Shown in pieces: positions 45,447-53,917 of a stretch of DNA of 64,000 bases. Below the pieces are notes generated by a model, which saw only the letters and a program-made list of their open reading frames with translations, was not told where the DNA came from and searched no databases. Within the stretch, counting starts at the first letter, position 1. Every line of letters begins with the position of its first letter. The stretch spans positions 12,115 through 76,114 of the forward strand of contig JAUIJE010000018.1 of the NCBI GenBank assembly GCA_030431455.1, read 5' to 3'. Origin of the DNA: a bacterium (GTDB lineage Bacteria; Myxococcota; UBA727; JAUIJE01). The position numbers were made by a program, and so were the translations under genes.

Positions 45447-48400
45447 ATGGCGGTGCGCTTCGGCGACTTCATGCTCCAGCAAGAGCTCGGCACGTCCGAC
45501 GTGGCGGAGCGTTTTCGGGCCATGCACGACAAGCTTGGCGGTCCATATTTCGTCAAGCGGTACCACGGTCTCGACGGCGCGTTCCTGCACGACCTCGCGT
45601 TTCGGTGTGAACGCTTGATGTCGGTCAAGCACCACGCGCTCGCGCCCCACCTCGGCCACGGCGAGGTGGACGGCGTCGTGTTCGTCGTGTCCCCGATGCT
45701 CGACGGCATCGACCTCGCAAGCTTCGTCGACAGCCTGCGCGAACGGCGCGTGATTCTGCCCGTCACCGCGATCTTGTACATCCTGCGCGAGGTCGCGCTC
45801 GCGGTCGACGCGCTCCACCGCGCCGACCGCGCGCTCGCCCACGGCGACGTCACCGCCCGTCACATCCGGCTCGGCCCCGCGGGCGAGGTCTGGCTCACCG
45901 GGCTGACCACCCCCCGCGGCGACGGTCCCGGCGTCGCGTGCGACCCCGTGTGGGACGGGGCCGGCATCGGCGCCACCGTCTACGACCTGATCGGCCTGAC
46001 CCGGCCCCAACGCGAGCGCCCTCCGCTGCCGCACGCCCTCGACCGGCTGGTCCGGCGCGCGCTCGGCATCGGCGCCCCCTCCGACCGCGTCTCCGCCCGG
46101 GAGCTGGCGGAGGGCCTGGAGGAGGTCGCCGCGGGCATGAACGCGAAGCTGCACCCGGGCATCCTCGCAGAGGTCGCGCACCGCACCATCGAGGCCGTGC
46201 GCCGGGCCCGCGCGCACACCGCCGCGGACCAACTGCCCACCCTGGAGCCGATCCCCGCCGCCGCCGATGCCCCGGCCGCGCCGCCCCCCGACGAGGCCCC
46301 GGCGGCCCCGCCCGCGCCCCCCGCCCCGGCCGAGGTGGCGCCCCCGCCGGCCGCGGCCGCGCCCCCGCCCGCGCCCCCCGTCGACGAGGCCCCGCCGTCG
46401 GCGGACGCGCCGGTGACGTCCCCGGCCTTCCCGGTGCCCGGCCTGCGGGCGAAGGGCTCGCCCCCGCTGCCCAAAAAGCGGCGCAAGCCAGACCCCGCCC
46501 CCGAGGCGCCGCCGCCCGCCCCCGCCGCCTCCGTCGAGGGCCCGGCCGAAGACCTCGTGCCCCCGCCCACGCCGGACTTCGCCGACGCGGCCGACTTTTT
46601 CGAGAGCAACGCGACCTCGCAGACCTCGCCCGAGCTGTTGGCGCTCGTCGAGGACAAGACCCTCCCGCTGGGCATGCCCGACGCGACGAGCAAAGGGTCG
46701 GGGGACAACACCGTCGAGGTGCCGCTGCCACCCAAGATTCCGTCGGAGTCTCCCCCCCCGCGGCGCCGGCCGAAAAAGACCCCTTCGCTGGCCGACCTGC
46801 CGCCCGACATCGATCCCATCTTCCGGCCCCAGCCGCTCGCGGATGTGTCCGACGAAGCCGACCACGGGTTCGACGCGATGTTCGGCGGGTTGTCGGAGGT
46901 CGCGGCCGAGCGTCCCAAACGCCGCGGCGGCGGCCTGCTCGTCGACCCCCTGACCACCGATGGCGCCGCGCTCCTCGACGGTGGACCGCCCACCGTGCCG
47001 GTCAAGCCCCTCGGCGCCGCCGACAAGACCGACGAGGTCGGCGCCGAGCCCGACGCCTCCCCCGTCGAGGCCCGCACCGCGTTGGCCGACGGCGCGGGCT
47101 CCACCGACGAGACCTCGTCACCCTCCCAGGCCGAGCCCGACGTCGACCCGTCGTCCAGCGACGAGCCGCCCCCCGCCCCCGCCGACGCGCTCCCCCCGCC
47201 GCCGGTGGGCGGGCTTGTCGATCCCCCCGGCCCCGCCGACAACGACCTCGGCGCAGGGCCCAAAACCGGCACCTACGATCTCAACCCCACCGACGACCGA
47301 GCGGTGGCCGCCCTGCTGCGGCGGGGGCGCATCACCCACGCCCAGCTGGAGTCGGCCAAAGGGTCCCAGTCCCAGCGGGGGGGGCGCCTGGTCGACGTGC
47401 TCGTGTCCGAGGGGGTGGTGACCGAGACCGCGATCGCGGACATCCTCGCCGACGAAGCGGTCAAGCAGCGCATCTCTGCAGAAGCATTGGACAAGCGGGT
47501 GCCGTCGCCGGACATGACCCGCCGGCTCCCCGAGACCTTCGCGTCCTCCCGTCGCATTTTGCCCCTGACCGCGCCCGCAGATGGGCCGCTGGTGGTCGCG
47601 GTGGCGGACCCGTTCGACGACGCGTCCATCGACGAGGTCCGCCGCATTTACAAAAAGAAGCTGGTGCAGGTGCACGTGGCCGAGCGCAGCGCCCTCAGCC
47701 GCGCCATCGCCCGGGCGTACGGAGCGTCGGCGAGCGGGCCGCTTCCCGGGGTGTCCCAGGGCCAGCAGGTGGTGCTCCTGTGTCTCGACGACGACGCGCT
47801 GCTGCGGCGGGTGGGGGCCCGGTTCGTCGACGAGGGCTTCGCGGTCGAACACGCCGCCAGCGGTCACCTCGCCCAACGCATCCTCGAGAAGGGCTCGCCC
47901 GACGCCGTGCTCTGTGCCTACACATTGCCGGGCGAAGTCGGCGGCGAGGACGTGTTGCTGACCACCCGGCAAAGCCCCCAGCACGACGACACCCCGTTCT
48001 TCATGTTCGGTGAGGACGCGGAGGGCGAACTCGAAGCCAAGGTCCTCGACCTCGGCGCGGACGATTTTTTCACCGCCCCCTACAACCTCGACGTGATGGT
48101 GCGGAAGCTCCGCCGGGCCATGGGCAAACACTCGCGCAAGATGCGGCCCGCGCCGGGGCCGGGGGCCGAGGTGCCGTACCCCGAGCTGTCCGTCGATGAG
48201 ATGGCCGGGCTCGCGAGCGCGCCGGTGGGCAATCCCCTCGACGACCCGTTCGGGGCGGTGGTCACCGATGTCCCCGCCGAGCCCACCGGGGTGATGGGCA
48301 CCCTGCGCCAGATGGCGGTGTCCGAGATCGTGCAGTCCCTCGAGCTGGGGCGGAAGACGGCGCGGGTCGAGCTGGTGCCCAACAACGGCGACGGGGGACG

Positions 48401-48611
48401 GTTTTGGTTTCGGCTCGGGCAGATCGTGTACGCGGAGTGCGGCGACCTGCTCGGCGAGGAAGCGTTCTTCGCCCTCGCGCGCAACACCCAAGGGTTCTTC
48501 CGCATCTCGTACGGTGACGACGCGGAGGAGACCAACATCGAAAAACCCACCACGTTCTTGTTGCTCGAGGCCATGCGCCGCATCGACGAGGACATCGCGC
48601 CGGACGCGTAG
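45447..48611 (+). CDS. multidomain scaffold: pseudokinase (STK-like) - Pro-rich linker - T2SSE_N/MshEN - pseudo-receiver - DUF4388 (PATAN)
   Basis: The ATG at 45447 is preceded by GGGAGGAGG. The kinase-like fold reads AHGDVTARH for HRDxKxxN and LTGL for DFG. The MshEN-like stretch is RLVDVLVSEGVVTETAIADILADE. The REC-like region has LDDD but AVLCAYTLPG (no Asp) and FFTAPY (no Lys). DUF4388-like: GTLRQMAVSEIVQSLELGRKTARVEL. Confidence 0.8.
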   Translation: MAVRFGDFMLQQELGTSDVAERFRAMHDKLGGPYFVKRYHGLDGAFLHDLAFRCERLMSVKHHALAPHLGHGEVDGVVFVVSPMLDGIDLASFVDSLRERRVILPVTAILYILREVALAVDALHRADRALAHGDVTARHIRLGPAGEVWLTGLTTPRGDGPGVACDPVWDGAGIGATVYDLIGLTRPQRERPPLPHALDRLVRRALGIGAPSDRVSARELAEGLEEVAAGMNAKLHPGILAEVAHRTIEAVRRARAHTAADQLPTLEPIPAAADAPAAPPPDEAPAAPPAPPAPAEVAPPPAAAAPPPAPPVDEAPPSADAPVTSPAFPVPGLRAKGSPPLPKKRRKPDPAPEAPPPAPAASVEGPAEDLVPPPTPDFADAADFFESNATSQTSPELLALVEDKTLPLGMPDATSKGSGDNTVEVPLPPKIPSESPPPRRRPKKTPSLADLPPDIDPIFRPQPLADVSDEADHGFDAMFGGLSEVAAERPKRRGGGLLVDPLTTDGAALLDGGPPTVPVKPLGAADKTDEVGAEPDASPVEARTALADGAGSTDETSSPSQAEPDVDPSSSDEPPPAPADALPPPPVGGLVDPPGPADNDLGAGPKTGTYDLNPTDDRAVAALLRRGRITHAQLESAKGSQSQRGGRLVDVLVSEGVVTETAIADILADEAVKQRISAEALDKRVPSPDMTRRLPETFASSRRILPLTAPADGPLVVAVADPFDDASIDEVRRIYKKKLVQVHVAERSALSRAIARAYGASASGPLPGVSQGQQVVLLCLDDDALLRRVGARFVDEGFAVEHAASGHLAQRILEKGSPDAVLCAYTLPGEVGGEDVLLTTRQSPQHDDTPFFMFGEDAEGELEAKVLDLGADDFFTAPYNLDVMVRKLRRAMGKHSRKMRPAPGPGAEVPYPELSVDEMAGLASAPVGNPLDDPFGAVVTDVPAEPTGVMGTLRQMAVSEIVQSLELGRKTARVELVPNNGDGGRFWFRLGQIVYAECGDLLGEEAFFALARNTQGFFRISYGDDAEETNIEKPTTFLLLEAMRRIDEDIAPDA

Positions 48612-48631
48612 GGCGGGCTTTGGCCAGGCAC

Positions 48632-48662
48632 AAAAAAGCGCGGGACCGGCCCGCGCGTTTTT
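48632..48662. terminator. bidirectional intrinsic terminator
   Basis: AAAAAA-GCGCGGG-ACCGG-CCCGCGC-GTTTTT, between convergent genes. Confidence 0.6.
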
Positions 48663-48679
48663 GTGTTTGTCGTCGTCGA

Positions 48680-50326
48680 TCAGCGGATGGAGCGGATCGA
48701 GTTCATCGCGTTTTGGTGCAGCATGTTCATGATGTTGGACAGCGCTTGGAGCACCTGTTGGATGTCCTGGGTCATGGACTTGATCTCTTCGGCGATCAAC
48801 GTGCGGCTGCGGTGCACCTGGTTGGTCGACTGGTCGCCGTAGTCGGCGTTGGGCGCGTCCGGGGTCGGGGCGGCGTCGGTGGCGGCGGCGGCGTCGGTCT
48901 TGGGGCCCGCCGACCGCGCGGCTTTGTCGCCCTCGGCGTGCTGCATCACGATGTCGGAGGCGGTCTTGAGCCCCTTCATCTTGGTGCCCAGGTCTTCGTC
49001 CTTGTTGGTGAACACATCCACAATGTAACTGGCCAACTTGCCGGGGATGCCCTCCGCCCCGCGCAGGGCGCCGGCCAAGGGGCTGTTGGCGGACTGGGCC
49101 TCGCCCGGATCGATCTTCTTCTCGATGTCGACCTCGACGTCGTACTGCTTGAGCACTTTTTGGCCCCACTCGAGGATGGGCCCGAGGTCGCTGTTTTTGC
49201 CCGCGGGCAGGTCGGGGGACGACAGCAGCGCGTGGGTGATCGACGCGGCCATCAAGTGGTCGGCGGGGGGCCCCACCACGGTGAGCTCTTCGAGCTTGCT
49301 CGCGATGCGCATCGCTTCGTTGCGGTTGATGATGCCCTCGCCGTGTTTGCCGATGTACTCCATCTGCGGCCGGCCGTCGGGGCCGCGCAGCACGTTGCCC
49401 TGGTCGTCCTTTTTGACCCGCGCGGTTTCGTAGTCGCGCTTGAGCGCGGTGTCGGCGGCGTTGACCACCTTCTGGACCACCTGCGCGGTCTGGCCCGCGA
49501 CGTGTTCGTCAAAGTCGGCCACCCCGAGGGTGGTGTCGAGTTGGTCTTGTTGCTCTTGTTTGACCTGGGTCTTGTTGAGTTCGCGCTTGTTGAGCTCCTC
49601 GTCGACGCGCTGGAGCTCTTTCATCTTCTCGGCCATGTCCATTTCCATGTTGGCGACCATCATCAACATGAACGCGGCGAGGATGTCCTCGAAGGTGCCG
49701 CCCTCGGCGAGCAGCTTGGACAGGCGGGCGGCGTAGGGATTCTGCGGGCGCGCGGTCTGGATTTCTTCGAACTCGCCCATGGTCTCGCGAATCTCGGGCT
49801 CGGCCATCTTTTTGCGCATCGGTGCGCGGGCGTTGGTGTCGAGCTTGATGTCGCCGTCTTTGCTCGCGCCGAACACCGCGTCGGTCAGCAGCGCCTGCAA
49901 AAACGGGGGCGCCGCGTCCATGGCGGTGAACAGCTCCTGCAGCAGCTTTTTGGTCACCCGCGGGGCCTTGGTGAGGACCTTGAGCGAGTGCTCGAATTGG
50001 GTCCGGCGTGACTCGACCCCGGCTTGGTCGAGGACCTCGCCCGGGCTGAGATCCCGGACGGGCACATTGAGCGACTCGGCGAACAGCGCGCGGGTGTCGT
50101 CGTCGACAACGAACAGGTCCTGTTGCAGCGCGAGCTTCAGCCCGTCGACGACCAACGCCTTGTCGGCCGCGGGCAGGGCGTCGAGGCCCTGGAGCATGGT
50201 CTGCGCTTCCGCCTTGGTGACCTGCTTGCCGCCGGCCGACCCCTCGTCGACCGCGATGCCCAACTTCTCCAACGTGGTGGTGAGGTTGGCCAGGTTCTTC
50301 ATCATGTTTTGTGGGGGGATGCGCAT
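48680..50326 (-). CDS. hypothetical all-alpha protein (548 aa) with Met-rich hydrophobic segment and Q/N-rich amphipathic C-terminus
   Basis: ATG at 50326 (MRIPPQNMMKNLANL...). Internal ILAAFMLMMVANMEMDMAEKM. The C-terminus is QQVLQALSNIMNMLHQNAMNSIRSIR. No family recognised. Confidence 0.6.
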   Translation of the reverse strand: MRIPPQNMMKNLANLTTTLEKLGIAVDEGSAGGKQVTKAEAQTMLQGLDALPAADKALVVDGLKLALQQDLFVVDDDTRALFAESLNVPVRDLSPGEVLDQAGVESRRTQFEHSLKVLTKAPRVTKKLLQELFTAMDAAPPFLQALLTDAVFGASKDGDIKLDTNARAPMRKKMAEPEIRETMGEFEEIQTARPQNPYAARLSKLLAEGGTFEDILAAFMLMMVANMEMDMAEKMKELQRVDEELNKRELNKTQVKQEQQDQLDTTLGVADFDEHVAGQTAQVVQKVVNAADTALKRDYETARVKKDDQGNVLRGPDGRPQMEYIGKHGEGIINRNEAMRIASKLEELTVVGPPADHLMAASITHALLSSPDLPAGKNSDLGPILEWGQKVLKQYDVEVDIEKKIDPGEAQSANSPLAGALRGAEGIPGKLASYIVDVFTNKDEDLGTKMKGLKTASDIVMQHAEGDKAARSAGPKTDAAAATDAAPTPDAPNADYGDQSTNQVHRSRTLIAEEIKSMTQDIQQVLQALSNIMNMLHQNAMNSIRSIR

Positions 50327-50490
50327 GTGATCCTCGTGCAGAAGGGGACGCGGTGTATTGCGCCCAGGGGCCGATTTTGGCCGACGGGACGCGCCCACAT
50401 CAGCCTACAATAGAGTGTCGGCGGCCCGGGGGCGGGGTTGTGTGCTTATACTCCCTTGAAAAAAAGGGAAAATCGGCGGACACCGCGGCC

Positions 50491-51456
50491 ATGGCCAAGC
50501 CCGACCTCTCCGAGGTGCTCGATCTCGCGTACGCCGCCCTGGCCCACGGGGAGGTCAAAGAGGCGCGCCGCCAGCACGCCGAGGCCTGCCGGCTGGGGGC
50601 CGGGGATCGCGACGTCGCCATCCTCGAGGTGGATCTGCTCGAGGCGGAGGGCGCGCTCGAGGAGGCGGTGGCGGCCTGCGAGGACCTCCATGAGCGGCTC
50701 GTCGACGACCCCACGGTGGCGTTTCGGTTGGCCACCCTGCTGCTGGACGCGTTTGATGACGTCGAGGCCAGCGAGGACCTGTTGCGCAGCGCCGACGACC
50801 TGCTCGCCGACGAGGACGAAGAGGACGCCCAGAGCTTGCGCGTCGAGGTGTTGGTGACCCTGGCCGACTGTTGCGCCGCCGCGGGGAAGGTCAAAGCCGC
50901 CCAAGACGCGGCCGCCCGGGCCCGGGAGATCGCGCCCGAGGACCCGTCGGTGCGCTTGTGTTGGGCATCGACCCTGCTCGACAGCGGCTCGCTCGACGCG
51001 GCCCTGACCGAGGTCGAGGCCTTGCTCGCCGGCGCCCCCCCGTCGCCGGACGCGCTGTGGCTCAAGGGCCGGGTGTTGACCGCGCAAGGCGACGACGCCG
51101 CCGCCGACGTCGCGTTCGAGCGCGCGGTGGAGCTCGACCCCGAGCGCTTCGCGGCGCCGTTGGTCCTGTCCGACGACGACTGGGACCAGGTGCTCGAGGA
51201 GGTGCAGGACGCGGCCGAGGGCTCGTTGTCCGGCCTGCTCGACAGCGCGCGGTGGGAGATCTTGCCCGCGCCCCGGCCCGAACACCTGGGCAAAGGCCGC
51301 TCCCCCTCGATCCTGTGCCTGGTCAGCGGCCCCGCCGAGGACCCCACGGTCACGATCTTTGCCCGCAACCTCGCCATCGCCGCCCAGGACGAGGACGACC
51401 TCCGCGCCCTGCTCCTCGACGCCCTCGCCGACGAAGCGGCCGCCTTCAGGGACTGA
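50491..51456 (+). CDS. TPR-like repeat protein (321 aa)
   Basis: ATG at 50491. Ala/Leu/Asp/Glu-rich helical repeats (ALAHGEVKEARRQHAEACRLG...). Confidence 0.55.
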   Translation: MAKPDLSEVLDLAYAALAHGEVKEARRQHAEACRLGAGDRDVAILEVDLLEAEGALEEAVAACEDLHERLVDDPTVAFRLATLLLDAFDDVEASEDLLRSADDLLADEDEEDAQSLRVEVLVTLADCCAAAGKVKAAQDAAARAREIAPEDPSVRLCWASTLLDSGSLDAALTEVEALLAGAPPSPDALWLKGRVLTAQGDDAAADVAFERAVELDPERFAAPLVLSDDDWDQVLEEVQDAAEGSLSGLLDSARWEILPAPRPEHLGKGRSPSILCLVSGPAEDPTVTIFARNLAIAAQDEDDLRALLLDALADEAAAFRD

Positions 51457-51457
51457 C

Positions 51458-51880
51458 TCAGTTGCTTTCGATGTCGGGGATCGGGAGCTTGGCGAAGGGC
51501 ACGCCCTCGTCGGCCAAGGCCTGCTCGTCGTCGGCGGTGGTCGAGCCGTAGATCGCCCGCAGCGGGGCTTGGCCGCGGTGCATGGCCCGGGCGGCGTCGG
51601 CGAAGCCATCGCCGACGTCCTCGTGGGTCGCGCGCACGTGCTGCACCACCTTGGCCAACGCCTTTTGCACCTCGAGGGGCATGGCCGCGGGGGCGCTCTG
51701 GCGGGCCGCGGTCTTCGCGGTCTTGATCGTGCCCGTCGACAGATGCTGGATGACGTGGACCGACTCACACAGCGGACAGGTCAACTCGCCCTTGTTGCGA
51801 ATCGACGTGTACTCGGCGTGGCTGTCGTACCACCCCTCGAAGCGGTGTTGGTTGTCGCATTCCAGGTCGACGATGAACAT
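51458..51880 (-). CDS. DUF1178-family zinc-ribbon protein
   Basis: MFIVDLECDNQHRFEGWYDSHAEY...LTCPLCES matches the DUF1178 N-terminal pattern. Confidence 0.6.
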   Translation of the reverse strand: MFIVDLECDNQHRFEGWYDSHAEYTSIRNKGELTCPLCESVHVIQHLSTGTIKTAKTAARQSAPAAMPLEVQKALAKVVQHVRATHEDVGDGFADAARAMHRGQAPLRAIYGSTTADDEQALADEGVPFAKLPIPDIESN

Positions 51881-51993
51881 GACCCCAATGTCCCGTCGTG
51901 GATCGCGCCGCGCAAGCGGCGTGTGCGCGGGGGCGGTTTTTTTGGAGCCGGCGGGGGCCACCGGTAGCCTGGCGGGGCAGCAAGGAGGCGTCG

Positions 51994-52428
51994 ATGGTCG
52001 CTGTGCAATGCCGGGATGTGGTCGCTCAAGGGGCGAGACAAGATGCTGAAATTATTGGTTTTTTGGACCGGCTGGACGAAGGCCGGGCCGCGGTCCGGGC
52101 CGCGCTGCGGCTGCCCTGTTGGCTGATGGAGCCCGATCAGAGCCGGCGCGGCTTCGTGTCCGACCTGTCGTCCACCGGGGCCCGGGTCTCGGGCATGCGG
52201 CCGGTGGCGATCGGGACCCGCCTGCTCTGCAAGGTCGATTTTGGGCGCCACGGTGGGCCGCTGACCACCTTCGCCCAGGTCGTGCGGCACCACGGCGAGG
52301 GGCCGGGCGCGGAGGCGGGGCTTTTGTTTTTGGACCCCCCGTTTGGGTTTTGGAACCTCGTCAACCAGCTCTCGATCCGCGCCCACCAACGCCACGCGCG
52401 GCGCCGTCGCGCCACGCCCCCGCGCTGA
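51994..52428 (+). CDS. PilZ-domain c-di-GMP receptor
   Basis: RAALR (RxxxR) and DLSSTG (DxSxxG) at canonical spacing. AAGGAGG RBS upstream of the ATG at 51994. Confidence 0.75.
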   Translation: MVAVQCRDVVAQGARQDAEIIGFLDRLDEGRAAVRAALRLPCWLMEPDQSRRGFVSDLSSTGARVSGMRPVAIGTRLLCKVDFGRHGGPLTTFAQVVRHHGEGPGAEAGLLFLDPPFGFWNLVNQLSIRAHQRHARRRRATPPR

Positions 52429-52475
52429 GCACCCACGGGCCGCCAGCCTGCTAACGTCGCGCGCGGAGGTGCACG

Positions 52476-53630
52476 ATGAGTCTGGCCCCATTTGATTTTG
52501 CCGGCGCTGGCCGGGTGATGTTTGCCCCCGGCAAGGCCAAAGACCTCGGCAAGGTCGGGCCGCTGCGCAAAGCCCAGCGGGTGGTGTTCGTCTCGGACCA
52601 AGGGCTGTCGAAGGCCGGTCTCGTCGACGAGGTCAAGGCCGGGCTTGGCACCAAAGTGGTGCACACCGACCTCGACGCGGTGCCGGACGCGTCCGTGCCC
52701 CACGTCGACGCGCTCGCTCAGGCCATCGTCCAGCACGACGCGGACGCGGTGGTCGCGCTGGGGGGCGGGTCGGTGCTCGACACCGCCAAGGCCGCGGCCG
52801 CGGTGGCGAAAAAGGGCGGGTCGGTGCGCGACCTCGTGGGGTTCGCCACCGTGCGGGCGCAGCTGTTGCCCATCGTGGCGGTGCCGACCACCGCGGGCAC
52901 CGGGGCCGAGGCCACGCAGTTTGTCGTGGTCAAAGACCACGACAAAGGCATCAAGCTCATCTTGATGGACACCTCGATGGTGCCGGCCCAGGCGGTGCTC
53001 GACCCCGAGCTGTGCACGTCGTTGCCCGAGACGGTCACCGCCCACAGCGGGGTCGACGCGCTCACCCACGCGGTGGAGGCGCTCGCCTCCCGGCAGGCCA
53101 ACCCCTTGGGCGATGCCTATGCATTGCGCGCGGTGCAAATGATTGTGCAAGAGGACGCGCTGGCCCAGAGCCTGAGCGAGCCCGGCGACGTCGATGCCCG
53201 GGGCCGCATGATGGTGGCCGCGCACCTCGCGGGCCAGGCCATCACCACCAACATGCTCGGGGCCTGTCACGCCTTCGCCCACGCCTTGGGCGCGGCCCAC
53301 GGCACCCCGCACGGGTTGGCCAATGGGCTGTTCTTGGCCCCGACCATGCGGCTCAACCTCGAGAAGGCCACCCGCAAATACGCGCTGCTCGGTCGGGTGC
53401 TCGGCGGCTCGGGCTCCGACCGCGCCCTGGCCGAGCACGCCATCGCCGAGGTGGAGCGCGCCGTGCACCAGGTGGCGAAAATTCCAGAGACATTGTCGGC
53501 GCTGGGCATCACCGCCGACGACGTGCCCCGCCTGGTCAAGCTCACGATGAAGGACCCGGACCTGATGACCAACCCCGTCCAGCTCCAGGACCCTGACCGC
53601 GCCGCCGAGATCATCGGCAGCCGGCTCTAG
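52476..53630 (+). CDS. iron-containing (group III) alcohol dehydrogenase
   Basis: GGGSVLDTAKA and the His-rich metal-site region CHAFAHALGAAHGTPHG. Confidence 0.85.
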   Translation: MSLAPFDFAGAGRVMFAPGKAKDLGKVGPLRKAQRVVFVSDQGLSKAGLVDEVKAGLGTKVVHTDLDAVPDASVPHVDALAQAIVQHDADAVVALGGGSVLDTAKAAAAVAKKGGSVRDLVGFATVRAQLLPIVAVPTTAGTGAEATQFVVVKDHDKGIKLILMDTSMVPAQAVLDPELCTSLPETVTAHSGVDALTHAVEALASRQANPLGDAYALRAVQMIVQEDALAQSLSEPGDVDARGRMMVAAHLAGQAITTNMLGACHAFAHALGAAHGTPHGLANGLFLAPTMRLNLEKATRKYALLGRVLGGSGSDRALAEHAIAEVERAVHQVAKIPETLSALGITADDVPRLVKLTMKDPDLMTNPVQLQDPDRAAEIIGSRL

Positions 53631-53636
53631 AACACG

Positions 53637-53898
53637 TCTCAAAATCGCCTTCGGCGCTTTCGAGCCGGGCCTGCTTCGCAGCGCATGGCGTCGATGGGAG
53701 TCTGCTCGCTCGGCGCGCATGTTGGCCATTCCACAGGAATGGCTTGAGCAACGCAAAGCGTTGCCACGCCTCGCCCACGTCGGAAACCTGTGTCGTTTTG
53801 TTTGGGGATCCGCCCGGTCGCTCGTGGCGCCCTCGCTCGCCCCCCGCCTATTCGCCTCCCTTGAACCCGCGAAATGCAGTGACCAGGCGATTTTGAGA
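53637..53898. repeat. inverted-repeat-flanked structured intergenic element (MITE-like or sRNA)
   Basis: TCTCAAAATCGCCT (53637-53650) has a perfect inverted copy, AGGCGATTTTGAGA (53885-53898). Internal perfect hairpins are GCCATTCC-ACA-GGAATGGC (53725-53743) and GCAACGC-AAA-GCGTTGC (53748-53764). Confidence 0.4.
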
Positions 53899-53917
53899 TG
53901 TGCATTAGCCGCGTGCT

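Noticed and set aside
45447-46250. Active Ser/Thr protein kinase annotation
   Set aside because: A by-eye alignment shows substitutions of the DFG Asp (LTGL), the catalytic-loop Lys/Asn (HGDVTARH) and the Gly-loop. It is called a pseudokinase instead, pending a proper alignment.
50491-51456. Zincin-like (DUF1025-type) metallopeptidase C-domain in the TPR protein
   Set aside because: The C-terminal region has the general spacing of that family but no HExxH. The equivalent position reads DALADE.
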